Assembly (NCBI GenBank): GCA_047602405.1
Contig: JASGHJ010000002.1
Location: 96,001 to 160,000 of the forward strand
Direction of reading: 5' to 3'
Length of the DNA stretch: 64,000 nucleotides
Origin: Anaeromyxobacteraceae bacterium
GTDB lineage: Bacteria > Myxococcota > Myxococcia > Myxococcales > Anaeromyxobacteraceae
The position numbers and the translations under genes are program-made. Positions 49,903-60,002 of this stretch are shown piece after piece (position 1 is the stretch's first letter; every line of letters begins with the position of its first letter). Under the pieces are notes generated by a model, which searched no databases, was not told the origin of the DNA, and saw only the letters and a list, made by a program, of their open reading frames with translations.

Positions 49903-51194
49903 GGCGCGGCCCCGCAGGCGAGCGCCGCGGCCCAGTCGAAGAACTGGCCGCCGGTGCAGACGGTCGCCGCGACGGGCGTGCCGCCGGAGGCCGCCACGCG
50001 CGCGACCTGGCCGGAGTACTGGTCGGCCGCGTAGAGCACGCCGCCGCAGAAGGCGAGCGCGCCCGGGACGATCGGGAAGTCGATCGCCGCGCCCACGGCC
50101 GGCGCGGCGCCCCCGACGTCCACCGGGACCACGGTCATCGATCCGCCGCAGGAGACCCAGAGCGTCGCGCCGTCGGCCACGATGGCGCCGGGGTTCGTGC
50201 AGGACGCGCCGAGGTCGACGAACGCCGGCTCCGCCGCGAGCGAGGTCGTGTCGACGACCGCGAGGCGACCGTGCCCGGCCGGGGTCCCGTAGAAGCCGCC
50301 GGCCTCCTTCAGGTTCGCGAGCGTCACGTAGGCCTTCGTGCCGTGCACGGCGACGTCGGCGGGGAAGGGGAGCCCGGGCGCGTCGTAGGCGCCCACCACG
50401 CCGGTCTCCGCCGGCACATTGAGCGCGACGCGGCGGACGATCGCACCGCACGGCGCCGCCGCGCAGGTGGGCGAGCCCGCGACGTCGACGATGGCGATCG
50501 ACTGCCCCTCGTCCCAGGTCGGGGTGATCGCGTCGCCGTAGAGGGCGACGACCGCGCGGTGGTTGGCCGTCACCACGCCGACACCCCGGGGGTTCACCTC
50601 GACGCCGGGCGCGCCGAGCGCGATCTCGTCCACGACGCCCTGGTCCGGGTTCACGACGACGAGCGTGCCGGCGTGGGCGGTCGTGAAGAGCGTCCCCTCG
50701 GACGAGGTGACCGCGTTCAGGTAGTCGCCGCCGAGGGTGTGGCGCAGCTGGCCGGAGACGCCAGGCGTGAAGCCGACGAGCGTCGGCACCGAGAAGCCGT
50801 GCGCCGCCCAGAGCCGGTCGCCGGCCCACGCGAGCGAGACCGGGCCGTCGTCGACGTCGCGCGCCGGCCCCGCGGCCGCGAGCTCGCCGTTCACGCCCAC
50901 CACGCTGTCGGTGGAGAAGCACGCCACGTACAGCGCCGCCTTGCACACGCCGCCCTCGCAGGTCTGGCCCGCGCCGCAGGCCGAGGCGCAGTCGGTGCAC
51001 GCGCCGGCCCGGCAGGCCTCGCCGGCGTTGCAGGTCTTCCCGCACGCGCCGCAGTTCGCGGCGTCGAGCGCCACGTCCACGCAGGCCCCGCCGCAGTCGC
51101 GCTGCCCGGCCGGGCACACGATCTCCTCGTTGCACCCGGCGAGCCCCGCCGCCACCAGCGCCGCCACCATCACGCCCATCACCCCAGCACGCAT
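49899..51194 (-). CDS. Cys-rich (MXAN_6577-like) lipoprotein with probable beta-propeller
   Basis: Lipobox LAGC; CGGACVD...D..NCGACG..C repeats followed by YVTN-like blades (KAYVTLAN). Confidence 0.8.
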   Translation of the reverse strand: MRAGVMGVMVAALVAAGLAGCNEEIVCPAGQRDCGGACVDVALDAANCGACGKTCNAGEACRAGACTDCASACGAGQTCEGGVCKAALYVACFSTDSVVGVNGELAAAGPARDVDDGPVSLAWAGDRLWAAHGFSVPTLVGFTPGVSGQLRHTLGGDYLNAVTSSEGTLFTTAHAGTLVVVNPDQGVVDEIALGAPGVEVNPRGVGVVTANHRAVVALYGDAITPTWDEGQSIAIVDVAGSPTCAAAPCGAIVRRVALNVPAETGVVGAYDAPGLPFPADVAVHGTKAYVTLANLKEAGGFYGTPAGHGRLAVVDTTSLAAEPAFVDLGASCTNPGAIVADGATLWVSCGGSMTVVPVDVGGAAPAVGAAIDFPIVPGALAFCGGVLYAADQYSGQVARVAASGGTPVAATVCTGGQFFDWAAALACGAAP

Positions 51195-51205
51195 CGAAGG
51201 TTCCC

Positions 51206-53200
51206 TCACCGTGTCGTGCCGCCCGCCCGGAGGGTGATCATCACCGTCCGGCCGGGCAGCGGGTTTGCGAAGCCGTCCTGCACGTCCTGCGCGTCCGCCA
51301 CGTTCCGCACCTCGAGGTGCAGGCGGAGCTCCGGGCGGCGCGCGAGCCGCGCCGAGAGCCCCACGTTCGCGGTGGTCGAGGCGCCGATCGACGTGCGCGC
51401 CTCCGCGTCCTTCCACTGCCGGCCGAGGTGCTGCACCTCGGCGTGCGCCTCGAACGCGCCGCGCTCCCCGCCCACCCGGCCGAAGAGCCGGACCCGGGGC
51501 TTGCGCGGCAGGTCGTGGCCGACCTCCTCGGGCTTGCCGCGGAGCGTGCGGCTCGCGAGGAGCGTCGCCGCGCCCTGCGCCGAGAGCCCGAGCGGCCCCA
51601 CCGGCGCGACCGCGGCCTCCGCCTCGAGGCCGCGCACGAGCGCGCGGGCGTCGTTCACCGGGCCGAAGGTGTCGAGGCTGAGCGGCACGTAGACGATCAG
51701 GTCCTCGTAGCGGCTCACGAAGGCGGTGACGCTCGCGAGCGCGAGGCGCCCCTCGGCGACGAGCCCGGCGTCCGCGGAGAGCGCGCGCTCCGGGGTCAGG
51801 TCCGGGTTCGGGCGCAGCGCGGCCTGGGTCAGGTGGAGCTCCGAGAAGCTCGGCGCCCGGAAGGTGCGCCCCGCGCTCGCGCGCAGCGCGAGGGGGCCGC
51901 CGAGCGCGACCGAGGTGCCGAGCTTCGCCGAGAGCCCGTGGAACGGCCCGGCCGCCTCGGCGCGCAGCGCGGGCGCGAGCCGCACGCGGCCGCCCGCCGC
52001 GGTGACCTCGCCCGCCGCCCACGCCGCGAGCTCGGCGCGGGTGCGCGCGTCGCCGAGGCCGGTGCCGGCGAGCCGCTCGCCGCCGGCCGTCGCGCCCGCC
52101 TCGAGCGAGGCCGGGCCGAGCTCGCCGGTCGCCTTCAGCTCGAGCGAGGCGGCCTGGCCGCGCTGCGTGCTCCGGAAGAGCGTGGAGCCGGCGTGGAGGT
52201 CGAGGCCGTCGCCGCGCAGGGCGAGCGTCGCCGCGAGGAGCGCGCCGGCGGGGCCGGGCCGGGCGTGGCGGACGGCGAGCGCGACGCGCCCATCGCGCTG
52301 CAGGTCGATGAGCGGGTCGGAGGCGGTGAGCGGGTTGCCGGGGATCTCGCGCTCCCCGCCGGACGCCTGCAGGAGCACGTCCCAGCGGGCGTCACCCCGG
52401 CGGAGGAACGCCTTCGCGAGGAGGCCGCCGGAGCCGGAGGCGTCGGGGCGGCGGATCACGGTCTCCTCGCCCCCGGGCGTGGACGGCCTCCTGTCATAGG
52501 TGAACGGGAAGTCGCCGCGCGTGCCGGAGAGCGAGAGCGCGGCCGCGAGCCCCCAGCCATTGCCGCCGGTGGACACGTCCGCGCCGGCGGTCCACGTGCG
52601 GAACGAGCCCACGCCGAGCTCGGTCGACCAGGCGTCGCCGCCCGCGGCGCGGGTCACCACGTTCACGACCCCGCCGAGCGCGCCCGCCCCGAAGCGCGCG
52701 CCCTCGGCGCCGCGCACGATCTCCATCGAGGAGACCCAGCCGCGCGGGATGCGGGAGAGGTCCACGCCGCCGCCCGCCGCGGTGTTGAGCGGCATCCCGT
52801 CGAGGAGGACCCGCACGCCGTCGGCGCTCGCGCCGCGGATGGAGACCGTCGCGAGCTGCCCGGGGCCCTGCTCGCGCACCGCGACGCCGGGCGCGGTCGC
52901 GACGAGCTCCGCGACCGCCTTCGCCTCGCCGGCGTAGGCCTCGGCCCGGACCACCGTCGCCGACGAGGTCGGATCGGAGGCCTTCGCGCGCGGGAGCCGC
53001 ACGACCTGCTCCGGCAGCTCGACGGGCGCGTCCCCATCCGTCCCCCCTTCTCCCGGGCTCGTCGGGGGGGGAGGGCGAACGGGTGCCGGGTCGGCGCTCG
53101 GCGGACGCGGCTCGTCGCCGGCGGCCGCGAGCGGGACCGGGAGCAGGGACGAAAGGACGAGGGCGCAGGCGCCCCGCCGGAAGGCGGAATACAGGCTCAA
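51206..53200 (-). CDS. TonB-dependent receptor, BtuB-like
   Basis: Plug motifs SIRG, LLDGMPL, EIVRG..GARFGAGALGGVVNVVT; FRAPSF.EL; NPDLTPE. TTG 53200 follows GGAGGAG. Confidence 0.9.
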   Translation of the reverse strand: MSLYSAFRRGACALVLSSLLPVPLAAAGDEPRPPSADPAPVRPPPPTSPGEGGTDGDAPVELPEQVVRLPRAKASDPTSSATVVRAEAYAGEAKAVAELVATAPGVAVREQGPGQLATVSIRGASADGVRVLLDGMPLNTAAGGGVDLSRIPRGWVSSMEIVRGAEGARFGAGALGGVVNVVTRAAGGDAWSTELGVGSFRTWTAGADVSTGGNGWGLAAALSLSGTRGDFPFTYDRRPSTPGGEETVIRRPDASGSGGLLAKAFLRRGDARWDVLLQASGGEREIPGNPLTASDPLIDLQRDGRVALAVRHARPGPAGALLAATLALRGDGLDLHAGSTLFRSTQRGQAASLELKATGELGPASLEAGATAGGERLAGTGLGDARTRAELAAWAAGEVTAAGGRVRLAPALRAEAAGPFHGLSAKLGTSVALGGPLALRASAGRTFRAPSFSELHLTQAALRPNPDLTPERALSADAGLVAEGRLALASVTAFVSRYEDLIVYVPLSLDTFGPVNDARALVRGLEAEAAVAPVGPLGLSAQGAATLLASRTLRGKPEEVGHDLPRKPRVRLFGRVGGERGAFEAHAEVQHLGRQWKDAEARTSIGASTTANVGLSARLARRPELRLHLEVRNVADAQDVQDGFANPLPGRTVMITLRAGGTTR

Positions 53201-53253
53201 GATTCGCGGGTCTCCTCCGGACCCGGAACGTCCGCCCCGCACCATGCGAGGCT

Positions 53254-53434
53254 GCTCGGAGGGAGGTCTCCTGGCTTCCGGGGCTGCGGAGCGTGCGACC
53301 GCTCCGCGCTCACCCTCCGCCTTCCCACCGCGCGTCGACTTCCGCGCGGCAGTGGCACCGATGGAGGGCGCTTCACCCCGGCTACAGTGGCGGGACCGCG
53401 CCGGACTTGGACCGGCTTCCCTGTTCCTCCGAGC
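53254..53434 (-). promoter_or_regulatory. cobalamin riboswitch
   Basis: AACAGGGAA-CCGGT..AAGTCCGG, CCCGCCACTGT, GCCACTG...GGGAAGG and B12 box AAGCCAGGAGACC; closing stem GCTCGGAG/CTCCGAGC. Confidence 0.93.
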
Positions 53435-53587
53435 CTTGCTTCGAGTGCACGAGTATCCCTCGCGCTCCATGTCGTCAAGCGAGGACGCGCGTGCGCCCCG
53501 CAAGCGAGCGGCGCGAGGCCCGAAACCGCGGCCGCCGGAGGTCGCCCGTCGAGGAGGACGCGACGGCCCGGCGGCCGCTGCTCTGAC

Positions 53588-53929
53588 TCAGCGTCGCTGA
53601 GACGCCGAGGCCTGGGACCCCTGCGCCGGGGCGGCGGGGGCGCCGACCACCACGTTGCCCCGCACCTTCGCGAGCCACTTCGGCCCGAGCCCCTTCACCG
53701 AGGTGACCTCCTCGAGCGTCCGGAACGGCGCCTTCGAGCGCCGCTCCACGATGGCCTTCGCCTTCCTCTCGCCGACGCCGGGCAGGCGCATGAGCTCGGC
53801 CACCGGCGCGCGGTTGAGGTCGATGCGCTCGCCCGGCGGCAGCGACTTCTTCGCGGCGGCGGGCGAGGCGACTGCGAGCGCGGCGGCGGCCGCGAGCGCG
53901 CCGAGCGCGCGGAGCGCGGCGCGGGTCAC
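53588..53929 (-). CDS. comEA: ComEA-family helix-hairpin-helix DNA-binding protein
   Basis: Signal peptide; IDLNRA...LPGVGERKAKAIV..R...F...EE...VKGLG. Confidence 0.88.
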   Translation of the reverse strand: MTRAALRALGALAAAAALAVASPAAAKKSLPPGERIDLNRAPVAELMRLPGVGERKAKAIVERRSKAPFRTLEEVTSVKGLGPKWLAKVRGNVVVGAPAAPAQGSQASASQRR

Positions 53930-54192
53930 GTGCGCACCTCCTCGAACGGCTCCTCCTGCCGGGCCCGGGCGCCGGGCACGCCGCGCGCCGCGTCCTCCTT
54001 GATCTCCCGGACCTGGAGCTTGTTCGTCCCGAGCGGCAGAGAGTCCAGCAGGATGGAGAGGCTGCCGTCGCGGTTGGTGAAGGCGACCCCGATGCGGGTC
54101 CAGAAGCCCTTCCCGTTCGTCTTGTCCTCGTCCTTCGGGATCGCCCACACGCCCAGCCGGCGCCCGGGGTTCCTCGCCATGATGTCGTCCAT
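53926..54192 (-). CDS. small conserved-looking beta-rich protein (WTRIGVAF.N.DGS motif)
   Basis: GAGGA RBS, GC3-biased codons, GTGA overlap with comEA. Confidence 0.75.
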   Translation of the reverse strand: MDDIMARNPGRRLGVWAIPKDEDKTNGKGFWTRIGVAFTNRDGSLSILLDSLPLGTNKLQVREIKEDAARGVPGARARQEEPFEEVRT

Positions 54193-54297
54193 CGGGTCCT
54201 CTCTTCCGTGCTTCCGTTCTCGTTCCGTGGGTTCGCTGCGGCCGGGGTTCGCCCCGGTGCGGCGGCGGCGCACGTTGCGCCGCCGGAGAATCCGCAT

Positions 54298-54313
54298 AGC
54301 AGCGGGCGTGCCG
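54298..54313 (-). promoter_or_regulatory. putative sigma54 promoter
   Basis: CGGCACGCCCGCTGCT: GG-N10-GC with GGCACG -24 and TGCT -12. Confidence 0.6.
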
Positions 54314-54433
54314 ACGCCAAGCGCCCGGAATCACGAGGGGTGGAATCCGAACAGGGGTTCAGGCGCGGACCATGGTCCGCGCCGCGGACCACGAGCGAGG
54401 GCGCGGGCGCCGCGGGGACGCTAGAACGGGGAC

Positions 54434-55714
54434 GTGCCGAAGGCCTCGGAACGGACGCTCCTCTTCCTCGTGGGGGCGGTCCAGTTCGTCAACGTCCTCG
54501 ACTTCATGATGGTGATGCCGCTCGGGCCGGACTTCGCGGTCCACCTCGGCATTCCGCTCTCGCAGATCGGGCTCGTCGGCGGCTCGTACACCGCCTCGGC
54601 CGCCGTGGTCGGCCTCCTCGGCGCGGGCTTCCTCGACCGCTTCGACCGGCGGCGCGCGCTCGCGGTGACCATGGGCGGCCTCGTCGTCGCGACGGCGCTC
54701 GGCGGCCTCGCGACCGGGCTCCACTCGATGATGGCCGCCCGCGTCCTCGCGGGCGCGTTCGGCGGCCCGGCGACTGCGCTCTCCCTCTCGGTCGTCGCGG
54801 ACGTCGTGCCGGCCGAGCGGCGCGGCAAGGCCATCGGGGCCGTGATGGGCGCGTTCTCGGTCGCCTCGGTGCTGGGGGTGCCGGCCGGGCTCGAGCTCGC
54901 GCGGCTCGGCGGTTGGCGCGCGCCGTTCTTCGCGGTGGCGGCGCTCGGGCTCGTCGTCGCCGGCAGCGCGCTCGCGATCATGCCGCCACTCCGCGGTCAC
55001 CTCGATCGCGTGGCGGCCGGCCCCGCCCGCGCGGCGGTGAGCGGCCTCGACGGGCTCGTCGCCATCCTGCGCCGCCCGGCGGCGGTGGTCGCGCTCGGGG
55101 CCGTCGCCCTCTCGATGATGTCGAACTTCGCCATCGTGCCGAACATCGCCTCGCACCTGCAGCTCGACCTCGGCTTCCCGCGCGAGCACCTCGGGCTCAT
55201 GTACATGCTCGGCGGCGGCGTGGCGTTCTTCGCGATGCGGTTCGCCGGGCGCGCCGTGGACCGCTTCGGCGAGTGGCCCGTGTCGGCGTTCGGCACCGCG
55301 CTCTTCCTGGTCGTCCTCGCGGTCGGCTTCGCCTACCCGCAGCCGTGGTTCCCGGTGCCGGCCCTCTTCGTCCTCTTCATGGGCGGCAACTCGGTGCGCA
55401 TGGTCGCGATGCAGAACGTGACCTCGCGCGTGCCGGCGCCCGACGAGCGGGCGCGGTACATGTCGACGCAGTCGGCGGTGCAGCACCTCTCGAGCGCGGT
55501 GGGCGCCGCCCTCTCGACGCAGCTCCTGTGGGTGCAGCCCGACGGCCAGCTCGGCGGCATGCCGCGGCTCGCCGCCTTCTCGGGCGCGCTCGCGATCACC
55601 CTGCCGTTCCTCATCCGCGCCGCGGCGCGGAAGGTGCCGCGCTACGCGGCGGCGCCGCCGGTCGGGAACGCCGGGCCCTCGCCGATCTCGACCGCGCCGA
55701 AGCGGGCCTCGTAG
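54434..55714 (+). CDS. MFS transporter
   Basis: About 12 TMs, motif A G.LDRFDRR, RGKAIG. Confidence 0.92.
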   Translation: MPKASERTLLFLVGAVQFVNVLDFMMVMPLGPDFAVHLGIPLSQIGLVGGSYTASAAVVGLLGAGFLDRFDRRRALAVTMGGLVVATALGGLATGLHSMMAARVLAGAFGGPATALSLSVVADVVPAERRGKAIGAVMGAFSVASVLGVPAGLELARLGGWRAPFFAVAALGLVVAGSALAIMPPLRGHLDRVAAGPARAAVSGLDGLVAILRRPAAVVALGAVALSMMSNFAIVPNIASHLQLDLGFPREHLGLMYMLGGGVAFFAMRFAGRAVDRFGEWPVSAFGTALFLVVLAVGFAYPQPWFPVPALFVLFMGGNSVRMVAMQNVTSRVPAPDERARYMSTQSAVQHLSSAVGAALSTQLLWVQPDGQLGGMPRLAAFSGALAITLPFLIRAAARKVPRYAAAPPVGNAGPSPISTAPKRAS

Positions 55715-55959
55715 CGGCCGAGGTTCTCCTCGAGCGCGGCCACGAGCCGCTTCAGGTGGCGCGGGGTCAGGATGGCCCGGGCCCGCACCGTCGCCTTCGG
55801 CGCCTGCGGCTGCACGTAGATGAGGTCGAGCGTGAACTCGGAGTCGGTGTGGTTCACCATCGCCATGTTCACGAAGACCCCGTTCGCGACGGCCGGATCG
55901 AGCTCGATCTGGAGCTGCACGGCACCGGGCGGCGGCGGGGGGGTGGGCTTGTCGGCCAT
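55642..55959 (-). CDS. DUF3467-family protein
   Basis: ANGVFVN...HTDSEFTLD...RAILTP.HLKRL..AL..N...YE..FG. Confidence 0.88.
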   Translation of the reverse strand: MADKPTPPPPPGAVQLQIELDPAVANGVFVNMAMVNHTDSEFTLDLIYVQPQAPKATVRARAILTPRHLKRLVAALEENLGRYEARFGAVEIGEGPAFPTGGAAA

Positions 55960-56048
55960 GGCCGTCCTTACCACGCCGGGGCCGTTCGGGGGTGTCCGCA
56001 GGTTCGGCGTTGAAAGCCGGCCCGGACAGGGGTAACCGATCACTCACC

Positions 56049-56909
56049 GTGTCGCGCCTGCCCGACATCGAGCACGGACGGGAGTTCGAGCTGCCGGGGG
56101 GACCCGACGCGGTGCTCCTCCTGCACGGCCTCACCGGCTCGACCTGGGAGATGACGCACGTCGCTCGCCGCCTGCACGCCGACGGCATGCGTTGCCTCGC
56201 CCCGGTGATGGCCGGCCACGGTGGGCCGGCGAGCGGGCTCGTCGGCGTCGGCTGGGAGGAGTGGGTCGCGAAGGCGCGCGGCGACCTCGCCCGCCTGCAG
56301 GGGGCGCGGCGCACGTTCGTGGTGGGCTGCTCGATGGGCGCCCTCGTCGCCTGCGCGCTCGCGCACGACGTGCCGGAGCGGGTGGACGGCCTCGTGCTGC
56401 TCGCGCCCGCGCTCGAGCTCCAGCTCGGCGGGAAGCTCGGCGGCCTCCTCGGCCGGGTCCCGGCGCTGCGCGAGGCGGTCATCCCGAAGCGCGCGGGCTC
56501 CGACGTGGCCGACCCGGCGGCGCGCGCCAGCAACAAGTGCATGGACGGCGTGCCGCTCGCGGCGGTCGCCGAGCTCGAGGCGCTGCAGGCGGAGGTCGAC
56601 CGGCAGCTGCCCGGCGTCGCCGCGCCCGCGCTCGTCATCGCCGGCGCGCACGACCACACCATCACGATGCGCGGCGCGCGGCGGGTCGCGCGCCGGATCG
56701 GCGGCGGGCCGGCCCGGCTCGTCGTGCTCGAGAACAGCTGGCACCTCGTCGGCGTCGACGTGGAGCGCGATCGCTGCGCCGAGGAGGTCGCGACGTTCCT
56801 CGAGGGGCTGCCGGTGCCCGGGCGGCCGGCGGCGGCGACCCGCCGGCCCAGGAAGACGAAGGCGCCGCCCAGGAAGCGGAAGGCGGCTCCGGCGCGCAGG
56901 CGCAAGTAG
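56049..56909 (+). CDS. carboxylesterase (alpha/beta hydrolase)
   Basis: LLLHGLTGS, GCSMG, DH, SWH; basic tail. Confidence 0.9.
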   Translation: MSRLPDIEHGREFELPGGPDAVLLLHGLTGSTWEMTHVARRLHADGMRCLAPVMAGHGGPASGLVGVGWEEWVAKARGDLARLQGARRTFVVGCSMGALVACALAHDVPERVDGLVLLAPALELQLGGKLGGLLGRVPALREAVIPKRAGSDVADPAARASNKCMDGVPLAAVAELEALQAEVDRQLPGVAAPALVIAGAHDHTITMRGARRVARRIGGGPARLVVLENSWHLVGVDVERDRCAEEVATFLEGLPVPGRPAAATRRPRKTKAPPRKRKAAPARRRK

Positions 56910-56931
56910 CGGTCCAGGGGGAGGGAGTCAC

Positions 56932-58410
56932 ATGGCGTCGTACGTGATGTCGATCGACCAGGGCACGACCGGCACGACCGTGCTCATCCTCGACAGGCGC
57001 CTGGGCCTGCGGGCCAAGGTGAACCAGGAGTACCGCCAGATCTTCCCGCGGCCGGGCTGGGTGGAGCACGACCTCGAGGACATCTGGAACTCGACGGCCG
57101 CGATGGTGCGGAAGGCGCTCGCGCAGGCGGGCGTGAAGGGGAAGGACCTCGCCGCGATCGGCATCACGAACCAGCGCGAGACGGTGGGCATGTGGAGCCG
57201 GAAGACCGGCAAGCCCCTGCACCACGCGATCGTCTGGCAGGACCGCCGCACCACCGACGCCTGCGCCGCCATGAAGGCGGCCGGCCACGAGCCGCGCATC
57301 CGGGAGCAGACCGGCCTCGTCCTCGACCCGTACTTCTCGGCGACGAAGATCCGCTGGCTCCTCGATCACGCGAAGGGCGTGAGGGAGAAGGCCGCCTCCG
57401 GCGAGGCCGCGTTCGGCACCATCGACACGTTCCTCGCCTGGCGGCTCACCGGCGGCGCCGCACACGTCACCGACGTCTCGAACGCCTCGCGCACGCTCCT
57501 CATGGACCTGCGCTCGCGCGCGTGGGATCCGGGGCTGCTCGACCTCTTCGGCGTGCCCGCGGGCATCCTCCCGGAGATCCGGCCGTCCTCGCAGGTGTAC
57601 GGCACGACGAAGGGCGTGCGGGTGCTGCCCGACGGCATCCCGGTCGCCGGCATCGCGGGCGACCAGCAGGCGGCGCTCTTCGGGCAGGCCTGCTTCGATC
57701 CGGGCGCCGCGAAGTGCACGTACGGCACCGGCGCGTTCCTCCTGCAGAACGTCGGCCCCGAGCCGGTCGCGTCGTCGCGCGGCCTCCTCGCCACGGTCGC
57801 CTGGCAGGTGGGCGACGAGGTCGCGTACGCGCTCGAGGGCTCGGCCTTCATCGCGGGCGCCGCCGTGCAGTGGCTGCGCGACGGGCTCGGGATCATCAAG
57901 CGGTCCTCCGACGTGGAGGCGCTCGCCCGCACGGTGAAGGACTCGGCCGGCGTGGTGTTCGTGCCCGCCCTCGCGGGCCTGGGCGCGCCGCACTGGCGCC
58001 CGGAGGCGCGGGGCCTCGTGCGCGGCATCGACCGCGGCACGACCGCGGCGCACCTCGCGCGCGCGACGCTCGAGGGCATCGCGTTCGAGACCTTCGAGCT
58101 CGCCGAGGCGATGCGCGTCGAGGCCGGGAAGCCCTTCCCGGTGTTCAAGGTCGACGGCGGCGCCTCGATGAACGACCTCCTCATGCAGTTCCAGGCCGAC
58201 CTCCTCGACGTGCCCGTCGAGCGGCCGCGGATGATCGAGACCACCGCGCTCGGCGCGGCGTTCCTCGCCGGCCTCGGCGTCGGCTTCTGGAAGGACCGCA
58301 GCGAGATCCGCAAGGCCTGGAAGGCCGGGAAGCGCTTCACGCCGAGGATGAAGGCGACCGAGCGCGAGGCCCACCTCGCCCGCTGGCGGAAGGCCGTGCA
58401 GGGGGCCTGA
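56932..58410 (+). CDS. glpK: glycerol kinase
   Basis: [41 protein letters not shown]. Confidence 0.97.
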   Translation: MASYVMSIDQGTTGTTVLILDRRLGLRAKVNQEYRQIFPRPGWVEHDLEDIWNSTAAMVRKALAQAGVKGKDLAAIGITNQRETVGMWSRKTGKPLHHAIVWQDRRTTDACAAMKAAGHEPRIREQTGLVLDPYFSATKIRWLLDHAKGVREKAASGEAAFGTIDTFLAWRLTGGAAHVTDVSNASRTLLMDLRSRAWDPGLLDLFGVPAGILPEIRPSSQVYGTTKGVRVLPDGIPVAGIAGDQQAALFGQACFDPGAAKCTYGTGAFLLQNVGPEPVASSRGLLATVAWQVGDEVAYALEGSAFIAGAAVQWLRDGLGIIKRSSDVEALARTVKDSAGVVFVPALAGLGAPHWRPEARGLVRGIDRGTTAAHLARATLEGIAFETFELAEAMRVEAGKPFPVFKVDGGASMNDLLMQFQADLLDVPVERPRMIETTALGAAFLAGLGVGFWKDRSEIRKAWKAGKRFTPRMKATEREAHLARWRKAVQGA

Positions 58411-58847
58411 TGAAGGCCCACACCCGCTACCTGACCTTCGACCTCCCGCGCCGCCGCGGCCTCGTGCGCATCACCGACGAGGTCGAGAAGACGTGCCGGG
58501 AGAGCGGCATCCAGGAGGGCATGGTCCTCGTGTCGGCGATGCACATCACCGCGGCCGTGTTCGTGAACGACGACGAGCCCGGGCTGCACGCCGACATCGA
58601 GCGGTGGGTGCAGGAGCTCGCGCCCGGCCCGGCGGCCGACGACTCGGCGCCCGGCCCCGACTACGAGCACCACGCGAGCGGCGAGGACAACGGGGACGCC
58701 CACCTGAAGAACCTGCTCATCGGGCACCAGGTGATCGTGCCGATCACGAAGGGCAAGCTCGACCTCGGCCCGTGGCAGCAGGTCTTCTACTTCGAGTTCG
58801 ACGGGCGGCGCCGGAAGCGGCTCGTCATGAAGGCGATGGGGGAGTGA
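58410..58847 (+). CDS. yjbQ: YjbQ/UPF0047 family protein
   Basis: [24 protein letters not shown]. Confidence 0.92.
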   Translation: MKAHTRYLTFDLPRRRGLVRITDEVEKTCRESGIQEGMVLVSAMHITAAVFVNDDEPGLHADIERWVQELAPGPAADDSAPGPDYEHHASGEDNGDAHLKNLLIGHQVIVPITKGKLDLGPWQQVFYFEFDGRRRKRLVMKAMGE

Positions 58848-59305
58848 TGCGCGCCGAGGTCGCGCTCGTCGCAGCGCTCGTGGCGTCGGGCCCGCCTTCG
58901 GAGCTCGTCGAGGAGCCTCGCCGCGCCTCCTGCGGCGCCGAGCAGGCCTCACGGTGCGAGCCAGGCGGCGGCTGCGCACGGGTCGATCCCGCGGCGCTCC
59001 AGGCCGAGCGCTTCGAGCTCGACCTGCGTGCGCGCACCTTGACCGCGTGCCTCTACACCGACTGCCTCGAGGGCCGCGCCACGCTGGTGCGGGAGCCCGG
59101 CCGCCGCTGGGTGGTCACCGCCTTCGCGCTCGTGCGCTCCGGCCGCAAGGCGGGCGCCGCGCCGCCGCCGGGGAGCGGGCCGATGCCGGTGACGCTCACC
59201 GTGGACCTCCGCACCGGCCGCTTCGCCGCCACCTGGGGGCACTCGCCGGAGGGTGTGCAGACCGACTTCGGTGCGTGCACGTTCGGGGCGACCCCGGGCC
59301 GCTGA
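58847..59305 (+). CDS. hypothetical exported Cys-containing protein
   Basis: TGATG coupling, hydrophobic N-terminus, paired cysteines. Confidence 0.6.
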   Translation: MRAEVALVAALVASGPPSELVEEPRRASCGAEQASRCEPGGGCARVDPAALQAERFELDLRARTLTACLYTDCLEGRATLVREPGRRWVVTAFALVRSGRKAGAAPPPGSGPMPVTLTVDLRTGRFAATWGHSPEGVQTDFGACTFGATPGR

Positions 59306-59349
59306 GCGCGCGCGGGTCCCCGTGTCCCGAGACGGGGTGGCCCGGTCCG

Positions 59350-59949
59350 TCAGCCCAGAAACGCGCGCACGAGCGCCGCGACCTCGTCCGCACGCGCCTC
59401 GCCGAAGCCGTGGTCGCCCCCGCGGATCACCTCGAGCCGGGCGTGCGGCAGCGTCGCGCGCAGCTTCTCGCCGACCGCGAGCGGGCTCACCGGATCGGCG
59501 TCGCTCCAGAGGAGCAGGGTGGGGGCGCGCAGGGTGGGCAGCCGCGCCGAGAGGTCGGTGCGGTCGACGAGGAACCACGGCGGCACGTCCGGCAGCGCCG
59601 CGCGGTAGTCGGGGCGCCAGTCGGCGGCGCCGAGCGAGGCCACGTCGAGGCCGCCGGAGGTCGCGGCGAGGACGAGGCGGCGCACGCGGCCGGGCTCGTC
59701 GAGCGCGAGGCGCGCCGCGAGCACGCCGCCCATCGACTGCGCCACGACGTCGAATGGCCCCGCGGGCAGGCGCGCGACGACCCAGCGGTAGAGGTCGTCG
59801 AGCGAGGCGAGGGCGGGATTCGGCGGGAGCCCCGCGAAGCCGGGGTAGCCGAGGAGGTGCGTGGGGCCGAGGTCCGCGAGGTGCTCCGCGACCGGCCGCC
59901 AGAAGCCCGGCCGGCCGGCCGCGCCGGGGAGGAACACGATGGGGGTCAC
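59350..59949 (-). CDS. alpha/beta hydrolase
   Basis: FLPGA, AQSMGG, DPVSP, GGDH. Confidence 0.88.
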   Translation of the reverse strand: MTPIVFLPGAAGRPGFWRPVAEHLADLGPTHLLGYPGFAGLPPNPALASLDDLYRWVVARLPAGPFDVVAQSMGGVLAARLALDEPGRVRRLVLAATSGGLDVASLGAADWRPDYRAALPDVPPWFLVDRTDLSARLPTLRAPTLLLWSDADPVSPLAVGEKLRATLPHARLEVIRGGDHGFGEARADEVAALVRAFLG

Positions 59950-60002
59950 GCGCGAGAGCCTACCGCGGCGCCGGCGGTGCGGCGCCGTGGTAACAAGGTG
60001 GG

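Noticed and set aside
55642..55714. 73-bp convergent overlap of the MFS and DUF3467 genes (similar overlap at 42278-42333)
   Set aside because: Tail overlaps from stop-codon scarcity are common in high-GC genomes; no evidence of function
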